64,000 nucleotides of DNA, taken from the sequence record PV191315.1, one strand, 5' to 3'. Each line of letters opens with the position of its first letter. Position 1 is the first letter of the stretch. This document shows positions 37,512-46,438 of the stretch, one piece after another. Both the position numbers and the translations under genes were made by a program. Below the pieces are notes generated by a model. That model saw only the letters and a program-made list of their open reading frames with translations, was not told where the DNA came from and made no database searches. Origin of the DNA: Escherichia phage vB_EcoM-P3322.

Positions 37512-37811
37512 TTAGTTATGTAAACCCAAATGTGCTACAACTTCTCTACGATAAGACAACTGCATAGCGATTTTATAGCCAGGATGAAAACCATTTACAT
37601 CAATGTCATCAAACCAAATCTCAAACGAACCGTGCTTAAGAGTCATTAAGTTGATATACCATTCGATAATATAATGATCGTCAGCAATACCTTCGATGTA
37701 AAATTCTCGGCAACAGTGAGATAGGTCTTCACTCGTTTCACGTTTCCAGTCTTTGATAGCACCCTTCTCTTTGGCTTTATTCAGAATCTGGATCAGGTCT
37801 TCAACTTGCAT
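37512..37811 (-). CDS. hypothetical protein
   Basis: RBS AAGGAGAG. Confidence 0.6.
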   Translation of the reverse strand: MQVEDLIQILNKAKEKGAIKDWKRETSEDLSHCCREFYIEGIADDHYIIEWYINLMTLKHGSFEIWFDDIDVNGFHPGYKIAMQLSYRREVVAHLGLHN

Positions 37812-37864
37812 TTTCTCTCCTTTTGTGGTTAATCTTTATATTTTAAATATTGCACCGTTTTCTG

Positions 37865-38278
37865 TCAAATAGCCTCTTTCTCTAAAACAACTCTTTGGAT
37901 CACAACATCTTCAATGTTTGCCAAACAATGACCCAAAGTCAATCCCGCCTTGAAAGGTGCTTGTAGCTTGGATTCGGCTTCTACGCGAACAGAATGTTCC
38001 GCTCCGCACATGGTGTAATCTACACGGTAAACGTTTAAACCTAAGAACATAGATTCTTCTTCTTCACAACAAGGATTGAGTTCAGCCCAGTCCCAAGCAT
38101 CTCCTTCTAAAGCAAATGGAGTGTTGTAATTGAAGAAAGTGCAGCGCGGATATTCCCCGTTGAAAGAATCTTTCAGCAGAATATATTTCTTACCGTTTGC
38201 ATGGAAGAGTTCTCCTTTGATAACCTTACCTACAAGGATATCACTGTTAGTGGAACGGGTGCAAATAAACTTTTTCAT
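37865..38278 (-). CDS. hypothetical protein
   Basis: RBS AGAGGAG. Confidence 0.6.
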   Translation of the reverse strand: MKKFICTRSTNSDILVGKVIKGELFHANGKKYILLKDSFNGEYPRCTFFNYNTPFALEGDAWDWAELNPCCEEEESMFLGLNVYRVDYTMCGAEHSVRVEAESKLQAPFKAGLTLGHCLANIEDVVIQRVVLEKEAI

Positions 38279-38332
38279 GATTTTCTCCTCTTTGTTTCGA
38301 TGAGATGATTATGACAAAGACAGATCCTTCTG

Positions 38333-38659
38333 TCAACTATTTATTTCTTCTGCTACACGTTCTTTTACCCAGTTCACACGATCCACATTCAAATGACAAC
38401 GGCTTTTTTCCGCTTCTAAGGTGTACTTTCCAAAATTACTGTTGAAAGGCAACACCATAACCAAATCTTTGTGGTAGAACTGCTCATGCATTTCATCCAG
38501 TACGGGTTCGTATCGTTCGCTTTCACCCATATCGTAAAAATCATAGAGGTTCGAGCACAAACCTGTGCAACGGGTGAACGGTTCGCCTTCAGGAGCACCA
38601 GCTTCCAACCATGCCAAATACGTGCGGTAAAATGTTAATAGTTCTTCGCTCATTTCCAC
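38333..38659 (-). CDS. paralog family A member
   Basis: RBS GAAGGAG; FYRTYLAWLEAGAPEG...GLCSNL...PFN...HLNVDRVNWVKERV. Confidence 0.65.
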   Translation of the reverse strand: MEMSEELLTFYRTYLAWLEAGAPEGEPFTRCTGLCSNLYDFYDMGESERYEPVLDEMHEQFYHKDLVMVLPFNSNFGKYTLEAEKSRCHLNVDRVNWVKERVAEEINS

Positions 38660-38868
38660 TCTCCTTCATGATAGTAAACCTCAAAAGAATAGTAAGTGAA
38701 CATGCTCATTGTAACACCTGCCATTTCTGGATCAACGGAAGTGTTGTTATACATGTCAACTACTGCCTGACCCGCTGCTTTGGCATGTGCTGCCGAATCA
38801 CAAGCACAAACATCTTTCTCCCACGGAAACTTGCCATCATACTTAAGACGCACAATCCACATGATCAT
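38650..38868 (-). CDS. hypothetical protein
   Basis: Track ORF, translationally coupled. Confidence 0.5.
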   Translation of the reverse strand: MIMWIVRLKYDGKFPWEKDVCACDSAAHAKAAGQAVVDMYNNTSVDPEMAGVTMSMFTYYSFEVYYHEGEWK

Positions 38869-39092
38869 TCTTCCATCTCAAACCATTCAGGGAACACTTT
38901 GCGGAAGACCCGCGTGTTTTCTAAGAGAAATTCCAACTCTTTTTCCAAATCTGCGTTCCAACCGTTTATTTTAACACGGATTGCCAATGCACTTGCACGG
39001 CGACTCAATTCTTGACAGATTGGATCACGCAGAACTATTGAGTCATAAAACTGACAAACAGCCTCAAGTTCATACCAGTTATAATCCGACAT
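38865..39092 (-). CDS. hypothetical protein
   Basis: Track ORF, ATGA-type overlap. Confidence 0.5.
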   Translation of the reverse strand: MSDYNWYELEAVCQFYDSIVLRDPICQELSRRASALAIRVKINGWNADLEKELEFLLENTRVFRKVFPEWFEMEE

Positions 39093-39418
39093 TATTCATC
39101 CTCCTCTGCAATACGATCTCTTACCCAATTAATCCTGTCCACATTCAGGTGACATACCTCTGCATCTGATTCTAAGACATATGCATCGTAGTTCTCATTG
39201 AAGGGTAATTCTTGACTCAACCCTTTGTGGTAAAACTGTGCGTGCATTTCATCTGCCAAGGTTGTTATAAGGGGATTGTAGCCATCCGCGTGCACATAGT
39301 CGAATAAGTTGGCACACAAACCGCAATCCCGCCGAAAAGGTTTACCATCAGGAGCACCAACATCAATCCATGCTAGATAAATTTTATAAAACTCCATCAA
39401 CCTTGCGCTTGTTTTCAT
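39092..39418 (-). CDS. paralog family A member
   Basis: FYKIYLAWIDVGAPDG...GLCANL...PFN...HLNVDRINWVRDRI. Confidence 0.65.
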   Translation of the reverse strand: MKTSARLMEFYKIYLAWIDVGAPDGKPFRRDCGLCANLFDYVHADGYNPLITTLADEMHAQFYHKGLSQELPFNENYDAYVLESDAEVCHLNVDRINWVRDRIAEEDE

Positions 39419-39656
39419 TTAGCCACCTCGTTAGTTTTTCTTGCTCTTTGTTTGCGCGTTCTAAGCTTCTGAACTTTAAACAGAGGGAACGAGAATCCCT
39501 ACCCATGCACAAGCTTTCATCTAAGCTGTGCTCCCCAACCAACCAAAGAGAGTATGTTTGAACATCTAACCCATAGTTTCTGTCTTTCCATAATCTCACC
39601 CCAAGAACATCAAAAGGCGCTTCCGCGACTAAAGAAAGAAACCGATCTTTATTCAT
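39384..39656 (-). CDS. hypothetical protein
   Basis: RBS AAGGTGG. Confidence 0.45.
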   Translation of the reverse strand: MNKDRFLSLVAEAPFDVLGVRLWKDRNYGLDVQTYSLWLVGEHSLDESLCMGRDSRSLCLKFRSLERANKEQEKLTRWLNENKRKVDGVL

Positions 39657-39714
39657 ATTACACCACCTTGCTCACGTTGATAATGTACACCATACATAAA
39701 ATAAATGTCAAGGC

Positions 39715-39912
39715 TTATCGACACAGATGGTTGTAACGATCTGCTTTATCCTCTGCTTCAGCAAAGTCAGCAATCAAGGAAGTTTTGAGTTCTTCCAACT
39801 CTTTCACCCAAGAGTCGTAATCGTTCTGTGTTTCTCCAATAGTTTGGAGAAAACAATCGTCGTAGCCAATAGACATGGCTAACTCGATAATACGTTCCAG
39901 TTTTTCTTCCAT
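39715..39912 (-). CDS. hypothetical protein
   Basis: ATG 39912 after AAGGAGAG. Confidence 0.5.
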   Translation of the reverse strand: MEEKLERIIELAMSIGYDDCFLQTIGETQNDYDSWVKELEELKTSLIADFAEAEDKADRYNHLCR

Positions 39913-40274
39913 CACTTCTCTCCTTCTACACACTTCTGTTTAACATAGAAGTAAGCACCACGAGCAAGATACAAATCATGTTCAATATCGCTCACAGGAA
40001 AACCATCTGGATTTTTAAAGCCATCTTCTACAGCCAAAATGAGAGATCGTAAACTGATAGCTAACAACTCCATTTGATCTTGTAGTTTTCTATTTTCTGC
40101 GTAAAGGTTTTTGCATTTTTGTTCTGCATTTTTCCATTGTTCTAGTGCATGATCATAGCGGTGCATAAGAATAGCTTTTTCTTGTTCACGCTTAAAAGTT
40201 TCTTCACAAATGAAACCCGTGCCTAAACCAGTTTCTTCATCTTTAACAAATACTTCAACAAAATCTTTAGACAT
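39912..40274 (-). CDS. hypothetical protein (coiled-coil-like)
   Basis: ATG 40274 after AGGAGAT; track start 40394 overlaps next gene. Confidence 0.5.
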   Translation of the reverse strand: MSKDFVEVFVKDEETGLGTGFICEETFKREQEKAILMHRYDHALEQWKNAEQKCKNLYAENRKLQDQMELLAISLRSLILAVEDGFKNPDGFPVSDIEHDLYLARGAYFYVKQKCVEGEK

Positions 40275-40275
40275 A

Positions 40276-40539
40276 TTATCTCCTATTTGCTTTTGGATAC
40301 TCCCAACCCTCTGGGAGATCTTCTTTACACATCCACTCAAAAGGCCAGCGACAATAACTGTGCCACTTTCCATCGAGATACAAGCAATCTTCATCTACTG
40401 GTCCACAAGGGTTGATAACTACAACACACCCTTTCGCTCGCCAATATTGAACTATTTCAGGGTAAAAACAAGAAACGTCGGTCCACTCCCAAATACGCTC
40501 ATCATTCAAACGGTATGCTGCTGGCAATGTTTCTTCCAT
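40276..40539 (-). CDS. hypothetical Cys/Trp-rich protein
   Basis: RBS AGAGG. Confidence 0.5.
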   Translation of the reverse strand: MEETLPAAYRLNDERIWEWTDVSCFYPEIVQYWRAKGCVVVINPCGPVDEDCLYLDGKWHSYCRWPFEWMCKEDLPEGWEYPKANRR

Positions 40540-40543
40540 ATTA

Positions 40544-40990
40544 TTAAACCTCTGTCAAAGAGAAACGCCAATCCTTACTACTACCTACACCAAGGAAGAT
40601 ATAGTTTCCGGTACTAACGGAATATCTCCAAGCGGGAATCCAATCAGGAATCTCTGGCTTATGGCTGTAGCCATAACGCTCGCCACTCGAATCTGTTGCA
40701 ATATAATTAACAAATTCAGGAACCTCTAAAGTTTCACCTTGATACTCTACACGCTTGAAGCCATCTTCCACTTCTTTCTCACCTTCTACCAGACAAGCAA
40801 GAAGTTTGATGTGAGGGCAAGTGAAATCTTGTCCTGGATAACGTGAACGGATATCGGTTAACAATGCGATCACAGCATCCGATAACTCTTTATAATCCTC
40901 ATATCTTACAAATGTGCCTTCTGTCGGATCATCAGGACACAAACGCCAAGCATCGTTGCAGTTTACAGCATAATGTCGCACTTTAGTCAT
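40544..40990 (-). CDS. hypothetical protein
   Basis: RBS AGGGGG. Confidence 0.6.
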   Translation of the reverse strand: MTKVRHYAVNCNDAWRLCPDDPTEGTFVRYEDYKELSDAVIALLTDIRSRYPGQDFTCPHIKLLACLVEGEKEVEDGFKRVEYQGETLEVPEFVNYIATDSSGERYGYSHKPEIPDWIPAWRYSVSTGNYIFLGVGSSKDWRFSLTEV

Positions 40991-41000
40991 AAATACCCCC

Positions 41001-41399
41001 TTATCGTTGCGTACAATCAGCTTCTAGAGTAAGAACATTCGTTATTGTTTTATCATTTTTTAGAAATGCAAACCAAGCTAAAGTGTCTCGATACTCTGTG
41101 CGCATCATCACAACTTCAGTAGTGCCAATAAACTGTTGTGAACCATACATAGCACTACCATCTTTACTTTTTTCTCCTGTGTATTGCAGAATGCCACTCA
41201 TCAAAGCACCACCTGAATTTTTAAGGATAAAGGAGTTATCTTTATTAATGACAACAGAAGCCATTTTCTTAGGACCAGAAATCACTTCACCTTTCAGATT
41301 TTTAACAACCACATCTGACACACACTCATAAACTTGAGACGCATTTGCTGTTCCGAGTGATGCAATGAGTAACAATAAACCTACGATGATCTTTTTCAT
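41001..41399 (-). CDS. secreted/lipoprotein-like protein (signal peptide)
   Basis: RBS AGAGGAGAG; MKKIIVGLLLLIASLGTANA. Confidence 0.6.
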   Translation of the reverse strand: MKKIIVGLLLLIASLGTANASQVYECVSDVVVKNLKGEVISGPKKMASVVINKDNSFILKNSGGALMSGILQYTGEKSKDGSAMYGSQQFIGTTEVVMMRTEYRDTLAWFAFLKNDKTITNVLTLEADCTQR

Positions 41400-41494
41400 A
41401 TAAACTCTCCTCTTTATTTACCCGACGCGCCCCTGTTGGGCGGAAAGGGTTGTACGCAAAATTTTTAGCTCCAATCGTCGGGTGTCCCGACTCC

Positions 41495-41701
41495 TTACGC
41501 TTTTAATGTTTTAACAGAATGACAAGCTTTGCAAACCATAACCGGAACAAGTTCGTCTCCACTGTCCGCATAAATCACTGTTTTCTTCATTCTGCTACCA
41601 CATGAACAATACTCTGTATGATCCGCTGGAATATTAAATATTCCGTAATCACTTTCATACTGTTTCTTACATATGGACACTGCTTTTGTAAAACGAGACA
41701 T
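41495..41701 (-). CDS. small zinc-ribbon protein
   Basis: RBS GGAGTAGG; CSCGS...CKACHS. Confidence 0.5.
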   Translation of the reverse strand: MSRFTKAVSICKKQYESDYGIFNIPADHTEYCSCGSRMKKTVIYADSGDELVPVMVCKACHSVKTLKA

Positions 41702-41703
41702 AC

Positions 41704-41925
41704 CTACTCCGCAAGAACATTCACTTCGTCAGAGAAAAATACGTAATCACAACCTTCCCAAACATCTTCTTCAAACCACTCCCATCCCTCAACTTTGGAC
41801 ATTTCTTCTATCGTAACAAAGAATGTTGTCATATCATCGCTAACAAGATGCGCTTCAACAACAAAAGGAATCTGAACATTCTCAAAACCAACATAACCCA
41901 ATACATCACAAACTCTAATTTTCAT
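41704..41925 (-). CDS. paralog family B member
   Basis: RBS AAAGGAG; shares W.W...........DYVFF motif with 45957..46187. Confidence 0.55.
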   Translation of the reverse strand: MKIRVCDVLGYVGFENVQIPFVVEAHLVSDDMTTFFVTIEEMSKVEGWEWFEEDVWEGCDYVFFSDEVNVLAE

Positions 41926-41926
41926 A

Positions 41927-42115
41927 TTATGCTCCTTTGTAGATTATGTTGGTGCGTTCACACTCTGCCACCAGCAAGCGATTAGCAATGTTGTCCATAG
42001 GAACATCAATCTCTACGCTCCAGGCATTGATATACACTTCTTCAATCTTTGCTCCAAGCATTTGTGCGATCAGAGCAACAGCCCCAGCATATTCAAGTTT
42101 AATCTCAATTACCAT
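41927..42115 (-). CDS. hypothetical protein
   Basis: ATG 42115 after GAGGTG. Confidence 0.5.
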   Translation of the reverse strand: MVIEIKLEYAGAVALIAQMLGAKIEEVYINAWSVEIDVPMDNIANRLLVAECERTNIIYKGA

Positions 42116-42129
42116 TTTGCACCTCAAGG

Positions 42130-42330
42130 TTATTTATCTTGCTTGTATCTTACAAGGCGATCACACTCCAGGTCAAGAAATTTCTCCGCATTTCGTTCGT
42201 GTTTGAGCACAATACATTGTTCTTTCCAGTCTGTAGCTCTTTGCTGCGCTGCTCCTGGGTCAAAATCCCAAAGCCATGCCGCGAAAAGAACAACCATAAC
42301 AATTACTAAGAAACTAAACACTATTGGCAT
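42130..42330 (-). CDS. small membrane protein
   Basis: ATG 42330 after AGGAGGA; TM segment IVFSFLVIVMVVLFAAWLW. Confidence 0.5.
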   Translation of the reverse strand: MPIVFSFLVIVMVVLFAAWLWDFDPGAAQQRATDWKEQCIVLKHERNAEKFLDLECDRLVRYKQDK

Positions 42331-42635
42331 TGCACATCCTCCTGTGTAGCATGGTCTTTTACCCATTTTATACGGGCAGCATTCAAATGCAATAGCCCGT
42401 TTCTTTGTGCAAAATCATATTTAAACCAGTCTCCGTCATCAAACGGGTATTCTTCAGACAATCCTGCCTCACGGAATTGCATTTGCATTTCATAATTTAG
42501 ATCATCATAACCTCCAGTCCAAAGGTAGAGGCAACTACATAATCCTTTATCATGCCAGAAAGGATTATTATCTGGAGCACCAGCTAATAGCCAATTATGA
42601 TATGCCTGATAAAATTCTTTAAGTTCCTCTGACAT
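42321..42635 (-). CDS. paralog family A member
   Basis: RBS AGGAGG; FYQAYHNWLLAGAPDN...GLCSCL...PF...HLNAARIKWVKDH. Confidence 0.65.
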   Translation of the reverse strand: MSEELKEFYQAYHNWLLAGAPDNNPFWHDKGLCSCLYLWTGGYDDLNYEMQMQFREAGLSEEYPFDDGDWFKYDFAQRNGLLHLNAARIKWVKDHATQEDVQCQ

Positions 42636-42812
42636 TTAACCTCCTGTATATAGTGTTGAAAGATACACAGCAAAAGCATTCTCGGCTGTTTTCACCTCCT
42701 CTTCAAGATCTTCACGCTCTGCTGGCGTTAATGCATTCCGCACAGCAGCGTCTGCTTCTCGGATTTTTCTTACTAAACGTGAAACATCTTTCAGTTGTTG
42801 AAAAGTAGCCAT
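42636..42812 (-). CDS. small hypothetical protein (58 aa)
   Basis: Below track threshold; RBS AACAGGAGAAAG. Confidence 0.4.
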   Translation of the reverse strand: MATFQQLKDVSRLVRKIREADAAVRNALTPAEREDLEEEVKTAENAFAVYLSTLYTGG

Positions 42813-42827
42813 AGTCTTTCTCCTGTT

Positions 42828-43187
42828 TTAGTGAGTGTCGCGCCATTCGGCAATCTCTTCGGCTAAACGATCACAAGAATCGAAAGCCACTTTACCTTCG
42901 CCAGGGTAGTTCCAGAAGACACCCCGTGAATCTGTAATGTTTATATGATACTTGTCCCACATCTCTTTTGCAAGTGGTCGATCAACATATCCTTCAAAAT
43001 ATACTTCAGTTTCTGCTGAATATGGAGTGTAATCGCTGGCAGCAAAAGCGTTCTGGAAGATCACCATCACATTACGTGTTGTGCTTGGATGCATCAATTG
43101 GTGAAATTTTAACAATCTTCCGTTGATCCTAACAACATCTCCTTCAAACAAGGAGATATCTTTTACTTTACGAAATTCTCCGCTCAT
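42828..43187 (-). CDS. hypothetical protein
   Basis: RBS AAGGGGG. Confidence 0.6.
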   Translation of the reverse strand: MSGEFRKVKDISLFEGDVVRINGRLLKFHQLMHPSTTRNVMVIFQNAFAASDYTPYSAETEVYFEGYVDRPLAKEMWDKYHINITDSRGVFWNYPGEGKVAFDSCDRLAEEIAEWRDTH

Positions 43188-43196
43188 TTTACCCCC

Positions 43197-43388
43197 TTAA
43201 TACACATCTCCTACAAACCAGATTTCTGGATCGCCATACTGATCCTTCTCGTAAGATTTATAGACACTACAGCAATATTTCAAAACACCATCGACAAGGA
43301 TTGTTGATCTTTCTTCTGGAATCTCTGTGATTTCACCTTTGCGGGTTTCGAAGATGGTATCACCCTTTTCAATCAGTCTGATTTTCAT
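43197..43388 (-). CDS. hypothetical protein
   Basis: Track ORF. Confidence 0.5.
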   Translation of the reverse strand: MKIRLIEKGDTIFETRKGEITEIPEERSTILVDGVLKYCCSVYKSYEKDQYGDPEIWFVGDVY

Positions 43389-43587
43389 ATCGTACTTCCT
43401 TCAATGCGAGTAATGCATTTACCAGATTATCAACACCTTGATCATCCAGTGCGATAACATCGAAGTTAAACCCTGTGTCAGTTGGGACTTTACGTTTTAT
43501 GGTGTAATAGTCCCCTTCATGACGTTCAACATACACGTATGGGTAACTGCTGTTCGGATCATGTTTCACGCGAATAGATGTTTTCAT
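43369..43587 (-). CDS. hypothetical protein
   Basis: RBS AAGAGGAG. Confidence 0.55.
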   Translation of the reverse strand: MKTSIRVKHDPNSSYPYVYVERHEGDYYTIKRKVPTDTGFNFDVIALDDQGVDNLVNALLALKEVRYENQTD

Positions 43588-43602
43588 GTTTTGTTCTCCT
43601 CT

Positions 43603-43839
43603 TTAGTCAAACCAGTTGTATTCAGAAGGGTAACGAGCGTAGTTTGGCTTATACCCCAGCCTTTTCATCTTGACAGACATACGAGTGAAGCCAAAAGTTG
43701 TTTTGCCCTTAGACATAAACTTCTTCCCACTCTTCATTGGCTTCTTAGGGTCTTTGATCGTCTGGTGTAACGCTCGCGCAAGCCACAAAGTGTATGCGCT
43801 CGGCACTTGATTAACTTTCATCTTGTTACCTTTCATCAT
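43603..43839 (-). CDS. small basic protein
   Basis: ATG 43839 after GAGGT; Lys/Arg-rich. Confidence 0.5.
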   Translation of the reverse strand: MMKGNKMKVNQVPSAYTLWLARALHQTIKDPKKPMKSGKKFMSKGKTTFGFTRMSVKMKRLGYKPNYARYPSEYNWFD

Positions 43840-44135
43840 TTTACCTCGGACCAATCAATAGTGATCCACTCGTATGCCCCGTTCAGATCCATTTCTTTAT
43901 AAACAATAAGCCCACGCTCACGAAGAATTGCTACTGCTTCATCCATCCACTTCACCTGATTGTAGATCTGCTCTGGGTGGGTGGGAGAATTATTCAGACC
44001 AAAATCGGATGGCGTGAAATTTCTTGAAGAGTTTCCCGCTCGGGCTTCAGCAAAACATGTCTCGATCACTTCTTCAACAGGGAAATTGAAGGAAGCTTCT
44101 TTTGCAATACGGCGTAACTGTTCGGTCAGATTCAT
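43836..44135 (-). CDS. hypothetical protein
   Basis: RBS AAAGGAG. Confidence 0.6.
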   Translation of the reverse strand: MNLTEQLRRIAKEASFNFPVEEVIETCFAEARAGNSSRNFTPSDFGLNNSPTHPEQIYNQVKWMDEAVAILRERGLIVYKEMDLNGAYEWITIDWSEVK

Positions 44136-44162
44136 CTTATTCTCCTTTCGTTGTGCGAAACA

Positions 44163-44600
44163 TTATAACAGATCTAATGCTTTCAACTCTTCTTTCAATG
44201 ATTCAGGCAGGTCACATTCAATGTCAATCAGAGATAACAAGTGACCAACAATGCCTTCCAGATGTTGATACTCACTATAACTTATAAATTCAGAATTGTA
44301 AACAGAAACATCCTTAGTTTCTTTCACAACTTCCCCCGCAGACACGCACATAAAAAAGTTACGCTCTCCGCGAGCTAACAATATCTCCCAACTCCTGAAC
44401 GGATACTGTCCAGCTTCAATAATATCTCCACTGTCCAGTAAAGTCAATGAGCAAACAGACCCTGATTCACTAACATCTTCGACGCGGAAACAAGACCCTT
44501 CAATCAAAGCTGCCATTTTGAAATTTTCATCAGAGATCATAGAGAAAGCTTCACATGCAGCTTTACTTTTGAAACAATAAACAGCATTAACTTTAAACAT
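44163..44600 (-). CDS. hypothetical protein
   Basis: RBS AAAGGGGAA. Confidence 0.6.
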   Translation of the reverse strand: MFKVNAVYCFKSKAACEAFSMISDENFKMAALIEGSCFRVEDVSESGSVCSLTLLDSGDIIEAGQYPFRSWEILLARGERNFFMCVSAGEVVKETKDVSVYNSEFISYSEYQHLEGIVGHLLSLIDIECDLPESLKEELKALDLL

Positions 44601-44612
44601 AACATTCCCCTT

Positions 44613-45068
44613 TTAAACAAAAGATACGCCGATGGTAGCAACAACCAAACGTTTATAAACTTCAACCTCTTCTGTAGGATTAGCCATTTTATGCTCTGCT
44701 GCTTCTTTCAAAGCTTCTTCATAACTTTCAAATCCAGAAATACAGGTGTCATCAGTCATTACAACATACCACTCTTCTTTTGTTGTATCAACAGGTTCTT
44801 CTTGGGGTTTTCCACGACCACCGCGAATACCACCGTCAACAAAATAATCTATATGAGCAGAATTGATTATGTAACGATCCCCATCACTAGCAGTGATAAT
44901 ACCGTCTCTCCCTATCACAACAATTGACAAGATATTACCATTTGCATCAGTGCTCAACACCTCGAAAAAATTCTCTCCAATGATAGCAGCAATACTGTTA
45001 TCAAAGGTAGAATATAGTCGCATATAATCCTCATCCTGGAAACGGTAGACATGACCTTCTTTAAACAT
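44613..45068 (-). CDS. hypothetical protein
   Basis: ATG 45068 after GAAGGAG. Confidence 0.55.
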   Translation of the reverse strand: MFKEGHVYRFQDEDYMRLYSTFDNSIAAIIGENFFEVLSTDANGNILSIVVIGRDGIITASDGDRYIINSAHIDYFVDGGIRGGRGKPQEEPVDTTKEEWYVVMTDDTCISGFESYEEALKEAAEHKMANPTEEVEVYKRLVVATIGVSFV

Positions 45069-45161
45069 TGTATGCTCCTTCTTGTTCAAGAGTAAAAGGA
45101 ATGATCTCACCATAGCTGTATTGCATGGCATCCACTTCTGCTTCTGCACGTTGTGCTAGTT

Positions 45162-45254
45162 CTAATGTTGCACAGATCTTGTAAGGGACAGTGCTGCATT
45201 GGCTCCAGCCTGGGTATTCTTTGTTACTAAATATACAGTAGTTCCTTTATTCAT
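45162..45254 (-). CDS. small hypothetical peptide (30 aa)
   Basis: Strong RBS AGAGGAGAAAG; below track threshold. Confidence 0.25.
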   Translation of the reverse strand: MNKGTTVYLVTKNTQAGANAALSLTRSVQH

Positions 45255-45708
45255 AACTTTCTCCTCTTAGTTCATCATACCATTTCAAAGCGTCTTTTGG
45301 AAGCATACCAAAATCTTCTTTTAGTTCTTTTTCAATCTCTTCTTGCATTTCCATCAGCGTTTTCAGTTGACGGACTTTTTTGTGCATAGCCACATTCCTT
45401 TCATTAAGGTTTGTCACTACATTATTTGCACGACTTGGTGGAAATGACAAAGGTTTCACGGGAAGATAATCTTCGATATTATCTAGTGCGTTACGAAAAT
45501 TATGATCCAAGAAACGTACATCTACACGATTGTAATCGGCAGCTACAACAGTGAACACTTTAAACGGCACATTGGATAAAGTATGTTGCACATAGACAGT
45601 ACCCATATTGCCTTCAATTTTACTATTAACTTCCAGCAAACCTGTATGAGCACTAACATAATCGTGAACACATTGCACATAAGCTGCCAGTATAGTGAAT
45701 TGTCTCAT
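45247..45708 (-). CDS. hypothetical protein
   Basis: RBS GGGGAGG. Confidence 0.6.
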   Translation of the reverse strand: MRQFTILAAYVQCVHDYVSAHTGLLEVNSKIEGNMGTVYVQHTLSNVPFKVFTVVAADYNRVDVRFLDHNFRNALDNIEDYLPVKPLSFPPSRANNVVTNLNERNVAMHKKVRQLKTLMEMQEEIEKELKEDFGMLPKDALKWYDELRGESYE

Positions 45709-45953
45709 TTTCTACCTCCCCATAATGCTAACATTTTATTGAAAATGGAAACGCGTCGTGCGCGAGATGCCATATCATAATTCATTCTTTCCGTCTCTGC
45801 AAGAAATTGATCTACTGTAATCAACGCTTTTGTCTTCTCTTTCAGAGTTTGCATATTCATCCATTCACATTCAGAATACCAATTATCGAAATACAAACTA
45901 TCAAGAAGATCCATTGCTGCTTCGTTCTGCTGTGGTGTGATCATTGCACACAA
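45705..45953 (-). CDS. hypothetical protein
   Basis: Track ORF; start likely internal ATG. Confidence 0.5.
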   Translation of the reverse strand: MCAMITPQQNEAAMDLLDSLYFDNWYSECEWMNMQTLKEKTKALITVDQFLAETERMNYDMASRARRVSIFNKMLALWGGRK

Positions 45954-45956
45954 CCT

Positions 45957-46187
45957 TTAATAGACAATTTCATATTCGTGAGGAAAGAAAACATAATCTT
46001 CCCCTTCTCGTGCATCTATCTCGTCCCAAAACCATTCCTGCACTTCCATCATCTTCGAGAATCGCACATGAGCAAGCCCACTGTATTCCACCGTAGCTTC
46101 CAGCACAAGTGGAAATTTTGCATGTGCCAATCCTTTATAACCACCATCATTCTCAATACGAATTTTCATGCGTTTCATATTATGCAT
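45957..46187 (-). CDS. paralog family B member
   Basis: Shares W.W........DYVFF motif with 41704..41925. Confidence 0.55.
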   Translation of the reverse strand: MHNMKRMKIRIENDGGYKGLAHAKFPLVLEATVEYSGLAHVRFSKMMEVQEWFWDEIDAREGEDYVFFPHEYEIVY

Positions 46188-46389
46188 CCTTCAGACCCTT
46201 AATGAAATAACGACCAACCGGATTCCCTCGGAAGTATTCGTTAATGAAATCGATAACACACGTTTCACTACCTGTCACAACGGACGGTGCGAAGTTTCGG
46301 AACTGCACGAGTACACGACTTGCGTTAGCAAGGGTGTGCACACGATCAGTGTTAGCTAAATACAAGGATACAGTTTTCAAATTCTTCAT
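46180..46389 (-). CDS. hypothetical protein
   Basis: RBS GAGGAG. Confidence 0.55.
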   Translation of the reverse strand: MKNLKTVSLYLANTDRVHTLANASRVLVQFRNFAPSVVTGSETCVIDFINEYFRGNPVGRYFIKGLKDA

Positions 46390-46438
46390 TTCATCTCCTC
46401 ATTGGCTATCTGTTATGTCATCCATTATACAAACATCT

